A stretch of 37,167 nt of DNA, from positions 1 to 37,167 of the forward strand of contig JBHLME010000034.1 in assembly GCA_048938445.1 (NCBI GenBank), read 5' to 3'. The translations under genes were made by a program, and so were the position numbers. Positions 10,460 through 18,803 of this stretch are shown here, piece after piece; position 1 is the first letter of the stretch; the number at the start of each line of letters is the position of its first letter. The notes below the pieces were generated by a model. That model was not told the origin of the DNA. It was given only the letters and a program-made list of their open reading frames with translations, and did no database searches. The DNA comes from Promethearchaeota archaeon. GTDB lineage: Archaea > Asgardarchaeota > Lokiarchaeia > Sigyniarchaeales > SOKP01.

Positions 10460-10798
10460 CTATTCGGATTTAATAATTTTTTTAATTTCCTCTAAAAGAA
10501 GTTGTTTTTCAGCAATGAACCAATGTAACTCTGACTTCGGAGGATTCTCATTGTATATTATCTCAGCGACTTCCCGAATTTCTTCTTCTGTAGGCATTTT
10601 TACGATTCCATTTACATCCTCTCTTAACAAGAGTACCAGATTATCAGTTTCTAAAGGTTTTATGTCAAATCCATTCTTGATGTTTTTGTTAATGATGCAA
10701 CACAATTCGGCAAGATACCAAACGGAATCTTCATATTTTTCTTCGCTTTTATATCGGCGAAAAGCGAGCTTGGTCACTTCATCTTTATCAAAAGGCAT
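10460..10798 (-). CDS. Small hypothetical protein with two DUF2934-like helical hairpin repeats
   Basis: DEVTKLAFRRY...SVWYLAE and EEIREVAEIIY...LHWFIAEKQL. Confidence 0.75.
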   Translation of the reverse strand: MPFDKDEVTKLAFRRYKSEEKYEDSVWYLAELCCIINKNIKNGFDIKPLETDNLVLLLREDVNGIVKMPTEEEIREVAEIIYNENPPKSELHWFIAEKQLLLEEIKKIIKSE

Positions 10799-11082
10799 TG
10801 TAGTTGACTTGATAAAAATTTATATTTTCTTATGTTTAACAAAAAAGACAAGCTTATTTTTATTTATTTGTATTGAGTATTTTAAGTGAATTAGTCGGAA
10901 AATACAATATTTTATAAATTCTTAAAAACAAAAAAAAAACAAATATAAAAAACATTGAAAGGAAAAATAAAAATAAGCATAAAATGAGGAAAAATAGGAA
11001 TAAATCAAAAAATTAAAAATTTATACTTGTTTTAATTCTATCAAGAGAATAAAAAATGATTATTTATTCATCTACTTTTATA

Positions 11083-11183
11083 GCCTCTGTGGCTCAGCGG
11101 TAGAGCAGCTGACTTGTAACTGTTTTAACTCCTTACAACAGAAATAAATCAGCCGGTCGTGGGTTCAAGTCCCACCAGGGGCT
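11083..11183 (+). tRNA. trnT: tRNA-Thr(UGU) with a 29-nt intron at position 37/38 (11119..11147)
   Basis: Acceptor GCCTCTG/CAGGGGC, D arm GCTC/GAGC, anticodon stem GCTGA/TCAGC with CT-TGT-A, T arm GTGGG-TTCAAGT-CCCAC, discriminator T. CCA is not encoded. Confidence 0.93.
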
Positions 11184-11214
11184 CATATTTTTCATTTAAT
11201 AACACTTATCCATT

Positions 11215-11451
11215 CTATGGTATTGGTGTGACAAAATGGGTAGAAGTTTTCTCCACCCCATCGATTTGGTGTACTTTTGATAAGATTACCTTAGAGATAT
11301 AAGTAAAATCCTCAACTTCTACTTTTGCAATAATGTCAACAGTTCCCGTAACAGCATCAGCTTCTTTAACTTCTTCCATTTGCCTGAGTCGGGATAATAT
11401 TTTTTCAACAAAACCTGCTGTAGCCTTGATAAATATATAACACGTGATCAA
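11215..11451 (-). CDS. Stand-alone Lrp/AsnC ligand-binding (RAM) domain protein
   Basis: VTGTVDIIAKVE and IDGVEKTSTH; 78 aa with no HTH. TTG start after GAGGT. Confidence 0.88.
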   Translation of the reverse strand: MITCYIFIKATAGFVEKILSRLRQMEEVKEADAVTGTVDIIAKVEVEDFTYISKVILSKVHQIDGVEKTSTHFVTPIP

Positions 11452-11600
11452 TTTTCTACAACCTCTTATATTTTTGAACGCACAATTTTTTATTACTTTT
11501 GATAATTATCTCAATGATTATATAAATATTCTATCATTTTTTTAGAGTAAAATTATATTATATTCAAGGGTAGTAGTAATATAATAGACTATTCTGGTGG

Positions 11601-13205
11601 ATGGTAATAAGCAAGATAAATAGAGTTATACTGTGTATTATAGATGATGTAAGATCTAGTCATTTTTTTGAGTTTATCAATAAGGGGTTTCTTCCGAATT
11701 TTAAAAAATTGATGGAAAATGGAGTTTATTCTAAAACCTGCATAACTGACTTTCCTTCAGTTACATATCCGACGCAGCCTACAATTCTTACGGGAACTTA
11801 TACGGGAAATTTTCGAAAAGAACCATGTCATGGTGTTCCTGCGTATCATTGGATGGATCGGGGTTTAGTGCCTCCTATACTAAGAGATTATGGAGGAGCA
11901 GGTTCAGATGAATATATTCAAATATATAAAATGAATGACGACTTGGGCAATAATTGCCAAACTCTTTTGGAGATGATTGGAGAGGGTAATCGTTCAAGCA
12001 TTACTCAATTAATTTCACGGGGTGCAAATTATTTATATCCTGAGAGTAAATTTAAACTTGTATTATATTACGAATTATTATCTATTGCTTTTAGGAATAA
12101 AGAAAATGCCAAAAAGATAATGGAACGTGCGAATACAGTAGTTATTAGAAAAATTTTAAATAGTTTTAAAAAGCCTACAAAATATTTCGAGACAAATGAA
12201 GTTCCAATTGGAATTAATCTCTGGTTTATGAGTTCTGATGTATTGATGCATGCGTTTGGTTTTGATAGTCCCATTTATAAATTGAATTTAATGCATATTG
12301 ACAAGGTAATGGGTGTTTTATTAGAAGGACTTGAAAATATGGGTTATTTAGAGGATACAGCAATAGCCATTACAACAGATCATGGCAACTATAAACTAAG
12401 TAAACGTGGTAATATTACACCATTTTTTGAAAAAATCGGATTAACTAATTACCATCAACGCAAGAATGTAAAAGGAAAGGTTAATATTACTGAATTTGAG
12501 AGTATAGGTCATTTTCATTTCAAGGGAATCAATAAAACGAGCAACAATCAGGCTTGGCCTCGTCCTACCTTGAAGGAATTGGAATGTTATGGTCCAAAGG
12601 GCGTCAATTTATTCAAAGAACTCTTTAATTTAAAGGGAACGAGTTTGATGTATTACAGAGATGAAAGTAATACCCATAAAAAGGGGATCATTCATTTAAA
12701 GAGGAAGGATGAGGATAATGGAAAAATTTTTTCTGGCATGATTGAATATAAAGGAATTGGTAAAGACTTTAAGACAAAATACATTTCAGAAAATCAAGAT
12801 ATAGATATTTTTGGATTCTTAGTAGATGATATTGCTAGTAGAATGATGGATGATAAATTCCATTCTATTGATGAATGGAATCACGCAACGCACCATCTTG
12901 ATTATGCATTATATCCAGACCTAATCTCAAGGCATTTTAAAAATCCTAGGAGTGCGGATATTATAATCAGCACTAAAGGAAAGTATACTTATAAAACCAC
13001 ACACGGAAAAAAGAAAAGAGGTAGTCTTTTTACCCATGATATAGGTCTTCGTGAAAGTTCGGTGGTTCCCCTAATAATTGGCGGATCTCCGGAAATTCCC
13101 TATAAGGAAATTTCTTATTGTAAGTCAACAGATATTGTTCCCACATTATTAAATTTGCTCGGCAAGAAACCTCATAAAAGTGTTATTGGAAATAGTTTAA
13201 TATAA
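11601..13205 (+). CDS. Alkaline phosphatase superfamily (nucleotide pyrophosphatase/phosphodiesterase-like) hydrolase, no signal peptide
   Basis: IIDDVR, FPSVTYP (Thr nucleophile), DVLMH, TDHG, THD, VPLIIGG, DIVPTLLNLLG. Confidence 0.88.
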   Translation: MVISKINRVILCIIDDVRSSHFFEFINKGFLPNFKKLMENGVYSKTCITDFPSVTYPTQPTILTGTYTGNFRKEPCHGVPAYHWMDRGLVPPILRDYGGAGSDEYIQIYKMNDDLGNNCQTLLEMIGEGNRSSITQLISRGANYLYPESKFKLVLYYELLSIAFRNKENAKKIMERANTVVIRKILNSFKKPTKYFETNEVPIGINLWFMSSDVLMHAFGFDSPIYKLNLMHIDKVMGVLLEGLENMGYLEDTAIAITTDHGNYKLSKRGNITPFFEKIGLTNYHQRKNVKGKVNITEFESIGHFHFKGINKTSNNQAWPRPTLKELECYGPKGVNLFKELFNLKGTSLMYYRDESNTHKKGIIHLKRKDEDNGKIFSGMIEYKGIGKDFKTKYISENQDIDIFGFLVDDIASRMMDDKFHSIDEWNHATHHLDYALYPDLISRHFKNPRSADIIISTKGKYTYKTTHGKKKRGSLFTHDIGLRESSVVPLIIGGSPEIPYKEISYCKSTDIVPTLLNLLGKKPHKSVIGNSLI

Positions 13206-13493
13206 AAATCAAACTAAGAGATTTCAATACGCTCCCCTGTAACCAAATAATAGACTTTTTTAAATAAAAGTATTTAATTATGATCATTATATTAATTTAA
13301 TTAATATATATTTTTTATTAATCTATATATAATTATTTTTCTTCTATTATTTTTGTAAAGAATATTCAACCTCCTAAAATAAAAGATCATAGAAATCATC
13401 AACATACAATTGTCTATTTATAAAAAATAAGAAGAATATATATAATATAGAGATATATTTTAATAATATATATAAACAATTATTATTATTATT

Positions 13494-14504
13494 ATGGGAT
13501 ATCTCATGGAAACTAGAAAAGTCCAACAAACTGGTGGATCTTCATATATTATAAGTCTCCCTAAAGGATGGATTGTCAAGCATAATATAAAAAAAAATGA
13601 ACTTCTTGGCATTTTATCCCAACCAGATGGAAATCTTTTAATTACTCCAAAAACCGAATTTGATGAATTTTCAAAAAAAAAAATTTTTGATATTGATGAG
13701 ATTCAAGATTTAAATTATTTATTTAGACTTTTAATTGGAGCATATATAATGGGTTGTTCTGAAATGATTATTAGTTCGGGAAAAAAAATTGAACCGAAAA
13801 CGAGAGAAGTTATAATAAACTTTACTCAGATTGTTATTGGCCCGGAAATAATAGAAGAGACAAATAATCAAATCATATTAAAAGATTTATTAAATCCTAA
13901 AGAAATGCCATTTCAAAAAACGATAAGAAGGATGTTCATTTTAGCTGAAGATATGCATTCTGATGCGATAAAAGCTTTAACTAAACGGGATAAAAAATTA
14001 GCTGAAGATGTCATTAAAAGAGATAATGATATAGATAGACTACACTGGTTAATAGGTAGACAAACAAATATTGTTTTGAGAGATATAATTTTGGCACAAA
14101 AAATGGGGGTTTCTTTAGAGGAAGCTCATTTTTATCATTTAATGAGCAGACTCTTAGAACGCATTGCTGATCATGCTGTTAATTTAGCACAAAATGTAAT
14201 CCCCTTAATTGATTTTGAGCTAAACAAAAAAACTATTGAAAATATTTCAAAAGCTAGTGAAATTTCGATTAATTTAATGAATAATAGCCTAGATGCATTG
14301 CTTCAAAAGGATATTAAAAAAGCAAATGAGAATATTGAATCTATAAAAGATTTAATCTCTGCTTGTGAAAAAATTAATTATATATACAATCATGAAGATT
14401 TACATCAATCTATAGCTTTAAGTTATATCATTGAAAGTATTAGGAGAACGGGAGAATATTCTTCGGATATCTCTGAACTAATAATAAATTATTTAATAAA
14501 TTGA
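13494..14504 (+). CDS. phoU: Archaeal phosphate uptake regulator: AbrB/MazE DNA-binding domain plus PhoU domains
   Basis: ETRKVQQTGGSSYIISLPKGW (AbrB); DNDIDRL, LERIADHA and IRRTGEYSSDISE PhoU repeats. Confidence 0.92.
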   Translation: MGYLMETRKVQQTGGSSYIISLPKGWIVKHNIKKNELLGILSQPDGNLLITPKTEFDEFSKKKIFDIDEIQDLNYLFRLLIGAYIMGCSEMIISSGKKIEPKTREVIINFTQIVIGPEIIEETNNQIILKDLLNPKEMPFQKTIRRMFILAEDMHSDAIKALTKRDKKLAEDVIKRDNDIDRLHWLIGRQTNIVLRDIILAQKMGVSLEEAHFYHLMSRLLERIADHAVNLAQNVIPLIDFELNKKTIENISKASEISINLMNNSLDALLQKDIKKANENIESIKDLISACEKINYIYNHEDLHQSIALSYIIESIRRTGEYSSDISELIINYLIN

Positions 14505-14545
14505 CACAAATTTAGCTTTATTTTATCATTTTCAATTTTTATAAA

Positions 14546-14585
14546 CTATAGATAATATATAGAAGTATATAGTCTATAGAATATA
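14546..14585 (+). promoter_or_regulatory. Candidate operator: tandem TATAG repeats upstream of the ABC operon
   Basis: TATAG at 14547, 14558, 14568 and 14575 (spacing 11, 10, 7). The AT-rich background limits certainty. Confidence 0.4.
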
Positions 14586-14704
14586 TTATTTTTAACCATT
14601 AATCTCAATAATAATTAATTATATGGTAAAAACAAAGAAGGATAGAATTTTTACATTTAAACTTGAAAGCCAGTAATTTTAAGTAAAAAGATAATTTTAA
14701 AATC

Positions 14705-14803
14705 ATGAAAAGATGGGTCTTATTTTCAATAATTTTTGTAGTAGGGTTTTGTTTGGGAATAATTTTTAGTATTGTTAATAACTATGTGGGCCATTTTATC
14801 TAA
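14705..14803 (+). CDS. Putative 32-aa single-TM microprotein
   Basis: MKRWVLFSIIFVVGFCLGIIFSIVNNYVGHFI, read manually; ends 20 nt before the SBP gene. Confidence 0.45.
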   Translation: MKRWVLFSIIFVVGFCLGIIFSIVNNYVGHFI

Positions 14804-14823
14804 AAAAAAGGAATTTAATAAAA

Positions 14824-15948
14824 ATGAAACGTTCTCGTAAAGTTCGAAAGCAAAGCAAGGCAACCTTGTTACTCTTTCTCATTCTAGGATTCATCATTGG
14901 AACAACCTTCACTACAAATTTATTGCTTGGCTCTACTGGTGAAACTCATATATATATCATATATAGTTCTGAAAAAGCCAGTTGGATGACGAAAGCATAT
15001 ACAGATTTTATGAATGAATGGGAACAAACTCACCCAGACTTTAAGATAAAGATCCACATGTATCCTTATGGATCTTCGGATTCTATCATTAGCATCCTCA
15101 ATGGTGAGATTTTTCCAACTATATGGAGTCCCGCAAGTTCAATATGGATGACATTTCTCAATACAAAATGGGCTCAATACACTGGAGATATAGAACCTAT
15201 AGTTGATATTGATGAAGCTGTTAGAATTATTTATTCTCCTATAGTTATTGCTACATGGGAAAGTTTTAATAATACATATAACATAAAGGGATTTTCTGAT
15301 TTATACAATTTAAATCTCAACCCAAGTGTGAATATTAAAATGGCTCACACGGATCCTTATCTTTCTAATTCTGGTTACATGAGTGTTATAATGGCATTAT
15401 CAGCAGGATCTGGAGTCACATCGGAGAATTTAACGATAGCAGAACTCACGGATTTAAATGATCAAAATTGGTTAAGAATATTTGAGTCAAGCGCTATCTT
15501 ATACGGTAAATCAACAGGTTTCTTAAGTCGATACATGATGAATGAAGGACCTTCTGGATTAAATGTTGCATTCTTGTATGAGAATTTAATTCGAGACATA
15601 TCGAGTGCCGCCACTGGAGGGAAAATTATTGCTGTTTATCCCGAGGAAGGTACTCTATTTAGTGATCATCCTTTTTGCATCTTAAATGCAAATTGGATTA
15701 CACCAGCACAGAGACAAGTAGCTGAAGCTTTTCTAAAGTTTCTAAATAGAACTGATACTATAACTTCTGCAATGGAATATGCGTTTAGACCAATTGATGC
15801 ATCAATACCTTTAGATTCAAGTGTTTTTAATTATGAAACTAATGGATTATCCTTAAACATCAACGTGCCTGAATTAAAAACACCTAAAGATGGGAATGTG
15901 TTAATTAAAATCCCAGATTTATGGTCATTATGTAAGGCTACTACATGA
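14824..15948 (+). CDS. ABC transporter substrate-binding protein (PBP2 fold, N-terminal membrane anchor)
   Basis: Basic N-terminus plus TM; YSSEK, WSPASSIW, SPIVIA, HTDPYLSNSG, STGFL, YENL, YPEEGTLFSDHP. Confidence 0.85.
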   Translation: MKRSRKVRKQSKATLLLFLILGFIIGTTFTTNLLLGSTGETHIYIIYSSEKASWMTKAYTDFMNEWEQTHPDFKIKIHMYPYGSSDSIISILNGEIFPTIWSPASSIWMTFLNTKWAQYTGDIEPIVDIDEAVRIIYSPIVIATWESFNNTYNIKGFSDLYNLNLNPSVNIKMAHTDPYLSNSGYMSVIMALSAGSGVTSENLTIAELTDLNDQNWLRIFESSAILYGKSTGFLSRYMMNEGPSGLNVAFLYENLIRDISSAATGGKIIAVYPEEGTLFSDHPFCILNANWITPAQRQVAEAFLKFLNRTDTITSAMEYAFRPIDASIPLDSSVFNYETNGLSLNINVPELKTPKDGNVLIKIPDLWSLCKATT

Positions 15949-15978
15949 AATTTCTGAAAATGATAGATTGAAAATATT

Positions 15979-17646
15979 ATGATACTCAAGAATAAAAACA
16001 GATCTCAGGAAATAGAAACTCAATTAACATTTAGTTTAAAGATTGATAAATTTTTATCAAAACCAATTTATAAAATAGGTCTTGATACACTTACTATAAT
16101 TTTCTTCATCTTAGTTATTATAGGTCCTATCATCAATATTTTTTTAACGATTTTTTTAAATATTCCCTCTATTTACGGGAGAGTCTTCAATGATCCTTTA
16201 TTAGGTAATTTGGTATGGATGGACATATTAGATGCGTTAGGGAGTTCATTTTTTATTGCAACAATTGCAGTGATCTTCTCTCTCATCATTGCATTTCCTA
16301 CAGCAATTATTTTAACTCGTTATGATTTTAGAGGTAAAAAAGTCCTCGATGCATTAGTTGATTTACCCATGGCAGTTCCAACAGGAGCATTAGGTTTCTC
16401 AATTTATTTATTTTGGGCTATCTTTGACATTGCTCCAGGATATCTTTTGCTTATTTTGGGACATATTATATTTACATTCCCTTATATCGTACGTAACATG
16501 AAAATCGTCTTAGAAAAAGCAGATATATTATATGAAGATGCTGCTAAGACACTCGGAGGATCGGGATTCACGGTATTTCGCACAATAACCCTTCCAATGA
16601 TGAAAGAAGGTATAATCGCAGGTTCGATTCTTGGTTTCACGAGAAGTTTAGGCGAGACTGGTGCTAGTATAATTCTCTCTGGATTAGTGACAACTGCTCC
16701 TATAATGATTGTGAGACTCAGGAGGCAATTAGAACTCCCCTCTGCATCACTTCTTGCGGGAATTTTAATTGCAATTTCATTAGTTCTCCTATTTCTAATC
16801 AAATATTTTACTCGAAAAGTAGGATTTCCTATTAAAAAAGTATTCCCAAAAGTGGAAGATTATTTAAGTAATAAGTACTTGCGATATATCAGAGATATTA
16901 TCATCATATTTATTATTATTTTCATTATTCTTATCCCATCTTTTTATATTGTAACTCAAATTTTTGGGGCAGATATATTAGGAGAAGTATTCTTCGGACC
17001 AGATAATAAATGGGCTTATTTGTATAATAGCTTCATAAATTCCATACAAATAGCAGCTTTTGCAGTATTAATTACTATGATCTTTGGTATACCGTTTGCT
17101 TTTATCATTGTAAAACGCAAGTGGGGAAAAATTATAGCTATTTTAGATGGAATGCTCGACATTCCTATAGCAATTCCTTCTGCGGCTTTGGGATTCGCAA
17201 TATTCTTATTTTGGGGACCCGCAGGTATAGGTCTATTCCAACCAGGATTTTACATGATATTATTTGTCCATATCACCTTTACTTTTCCTTACATGGTTCG
17301 TCCAATTATAGGCGTTTTAGAAAATACGAATGTTGGGATTGAAGAAGCAGCTCGAACTCTTGGAGCTCCTAGTTTAACGGTATTCAGAAGAATAACCCTT
17401 CCAAATATCAAACAAGGGATAATAGCAGGATCTATAATGGTTTTTACACGTTCACTTGGAGAAACAGGTGCAACAATAGTCGTCATGGGTGGGATAAGAA
17501 CAATTCCTGTGTTAATAGTTGATTGGGTGGAAGCAAATAATGTCATAAGCGCGGTTTTTGCTGCTACAATCGTGATAATTTTTAGCGCGTTTTTAATCTT
17601 TGCATTAAGATTAGCTTCAAAAAAAGGAGGGAGTGTTATTGCCTAG
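15979..17646 (+). CDS. ABC transporter permease, fused double TMD (FbpB/CysTW/ThiP-like)
   Basis: Two EAA loops (EDAAKTLGGS, EEAARTLGAP) and two FTRSLGETGA repeats. Confidence 0.92.
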   Translation: MILKNKNRSQEIETQLTFSLKIDKFLSKPIYKIGLDTLTIIFFILVIIGPIINIFLTIFLNIPSIYGRVFNDPLLGNLVWMDILDALGSSFFIATIAVIFSLIIAFPTAIILTRYDFRGKKVLDALVDLPMAVPTGALGFSIYLFWAIFDIAPGYLLLILGHIIFTFPYIVRNMKIVLEKADILYEDAAKTLGGSGFTVFRTITLPMMKEGIIAGSILGFTRSLGETGASIILSGLVTTAPIMIVRLRRQLELPSASLLAGILIAISLVLLFLIKYFTRKVGFPIKKVFPKVEDYLSNKYLRYIRDIIIIFIIIFIILIPSFYIVTQIFGADILGEVFFGPDNKWAYLYNSFINSIQIAAFAVLITMIFGIPFAFIIVKRKWGKIIAILDGMLDIPIAIPSAALGFAIFLFWGPAGIGLFQPGFYMILFVHITFTFPYMVRPIIGVLENTNVGIEEAARTLGAPSLTVFRRITLPNIKQGIIAGSIMVFTRSLGETGATIVVMGGIRTIPVLIVDWVEANNVISAVFAATIVIIFSAFLIFALRLASKKGGSVIA

Positions 17647-18784
17647 CATTGAATTAATAGACGTTACTAAGACTTTTAATGAAGGAAAAGTTCTTGCCGT
17701 TGATGATATTTCTTTAAGAATTGAGGATGGAGATTATGTATTTCTTCTTGGACCAAGCGGATGTGGCAAAACCACTACATTAAGGATGATTGCAGGGCTT
17801 GAAGAACCTACAAAAGGTAAAATACTAATTGATGGGAAAAATGTAGATGGAATAGCTCCAGAGGATAGAGATATGGGTTTCATATTCCAACATTTCGAGA
17901 TTTTCGACCACATTACAGTATGGAAAAATGTAACTTTTGGATTAGAAATGCGTGGATATCCCGAAGAGTATATAATTAAAAAGGCTGAAGAAGCTCTAAC
18001 CTTAGTAGGATTATTGGAATATGCTGATGAATACCCATCAATATTCGGAAATCCTGGTTTACAAAAACTAGGTATAGCCAGAGCTATAGCTACTGGTGCA
18101 AAGATATTAATAATGGATGAACCTTTGGGTTCCTTAGATCCAAAAGTATCCAAGGTTTTTCGCCATGAATTACGAAATCTCATTAAAGATTTAGGTCTTA
18201 CTGCAATTCATGTTACGCATAATCAAGAAGAAGCAATGGCGATAGCTGATAAAATTATTCTCATGCGAGCAGGAAGAATACTTCAATTAGGTACTCCATA
18301 TGAACTGTATGAAAATCCAAATAGTATTTTCGTGGCAAATTTTCTAGGGGAAACTAATTTTCTTCAAGGATTTGTCTTGAAATTGCTAGGGGATGAAGAA
18401 ATGAGGATTTGGACCCGTTTAGGTGGTCCAAAGTTATCTTGTAATAATTATGGAAATAAATTTAAATTAGATGATAACATTGTAATTGCTTTTCGATTTG
18501 AAGATGTCTATCTCTTTCCTTTAAATTATGAATTTGAAACTAGTCCACATGATTGGTCTTTGATCCAAATATTTAACGCAATCTTAGAATCATCAAGATT
18601 TATAGGTGATACAAAACGATTTTACATCACTTTGGATAATGGTGATAAATTTATCTCAGTTAAACCTGGAACATTTGAAGAAAACTTCATTCCAGGTGAG
18701 GAAATTCTTATTGGAATTCATCAAGATGATATTTATTTATTTCCCGCTCCTGAGAATCTTTTAAATGAATTATCTTTAATGTGA
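17633..18784 (+). CDS. ABC ATPase (PotA/FbpC/MalK-like, with C-terminal TOBE-like region); degenerate signature motif
   Basis: GPSGCGKT, Q-loop FQH, Walker B ILIMDEP, H-loop VTH. The signature reads FGNPG. Start may be TTG 17639. Confidence 0.92.
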   Translation: MLLPSIELIDVTKTFNEGKVLAVDDISLRIEDGDYVFLLGPSGCGKTTTLRMIAGLEEPTKGKILIDGKNVDGIAPEDRDMGFIFQHFEIFDHITVWKNVTFGLEMRGYPEEYIIKKAEEALTLVGLLEYADEYPSIFGNPGLQKLGIARAIATGAKILIMDEPLGSLDPKVSKVFRHELRNLIKDLGLTAIHVTHNQEEAMAIADKIILMRAGRILQLGTPYELYENPNSIFVANFLGETNFLQGFVLKLLGDEEMRIWTRLGGPKLSCNNYGNKFKLDDNIVIAFRFEDVYLFPLNYEFETSPHDWSLIQIFNAILESSRFIGDTKRFYITLDNGDKFISVKPGTFEENFIPGEEILIGIHQDDIYLFPAPENLLNELSLM

Positions 18785-18803
18785 AATAGGGGTAAATTAT
18801 ATA

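Noticed and set aside
9381-11451. Integrated element at tRNA-Thr
   Set aside because: No integrase and no duplicated tRNA fragment (att site) was seen in the window.
13287-13310. AT-only inverted repeat ATATTAAT-TTA-ATTAATAT
   Set aside because: Expected by chance in near-pure AT intergenic DNA.
14623-14676. 17-aa ORF MVKTKKDRIFTFKLESQ as a frameshifted start of the microprotein
   Set aside because: It is in a different frame, and an in-frame stop at 14684..14686 blocks joining.
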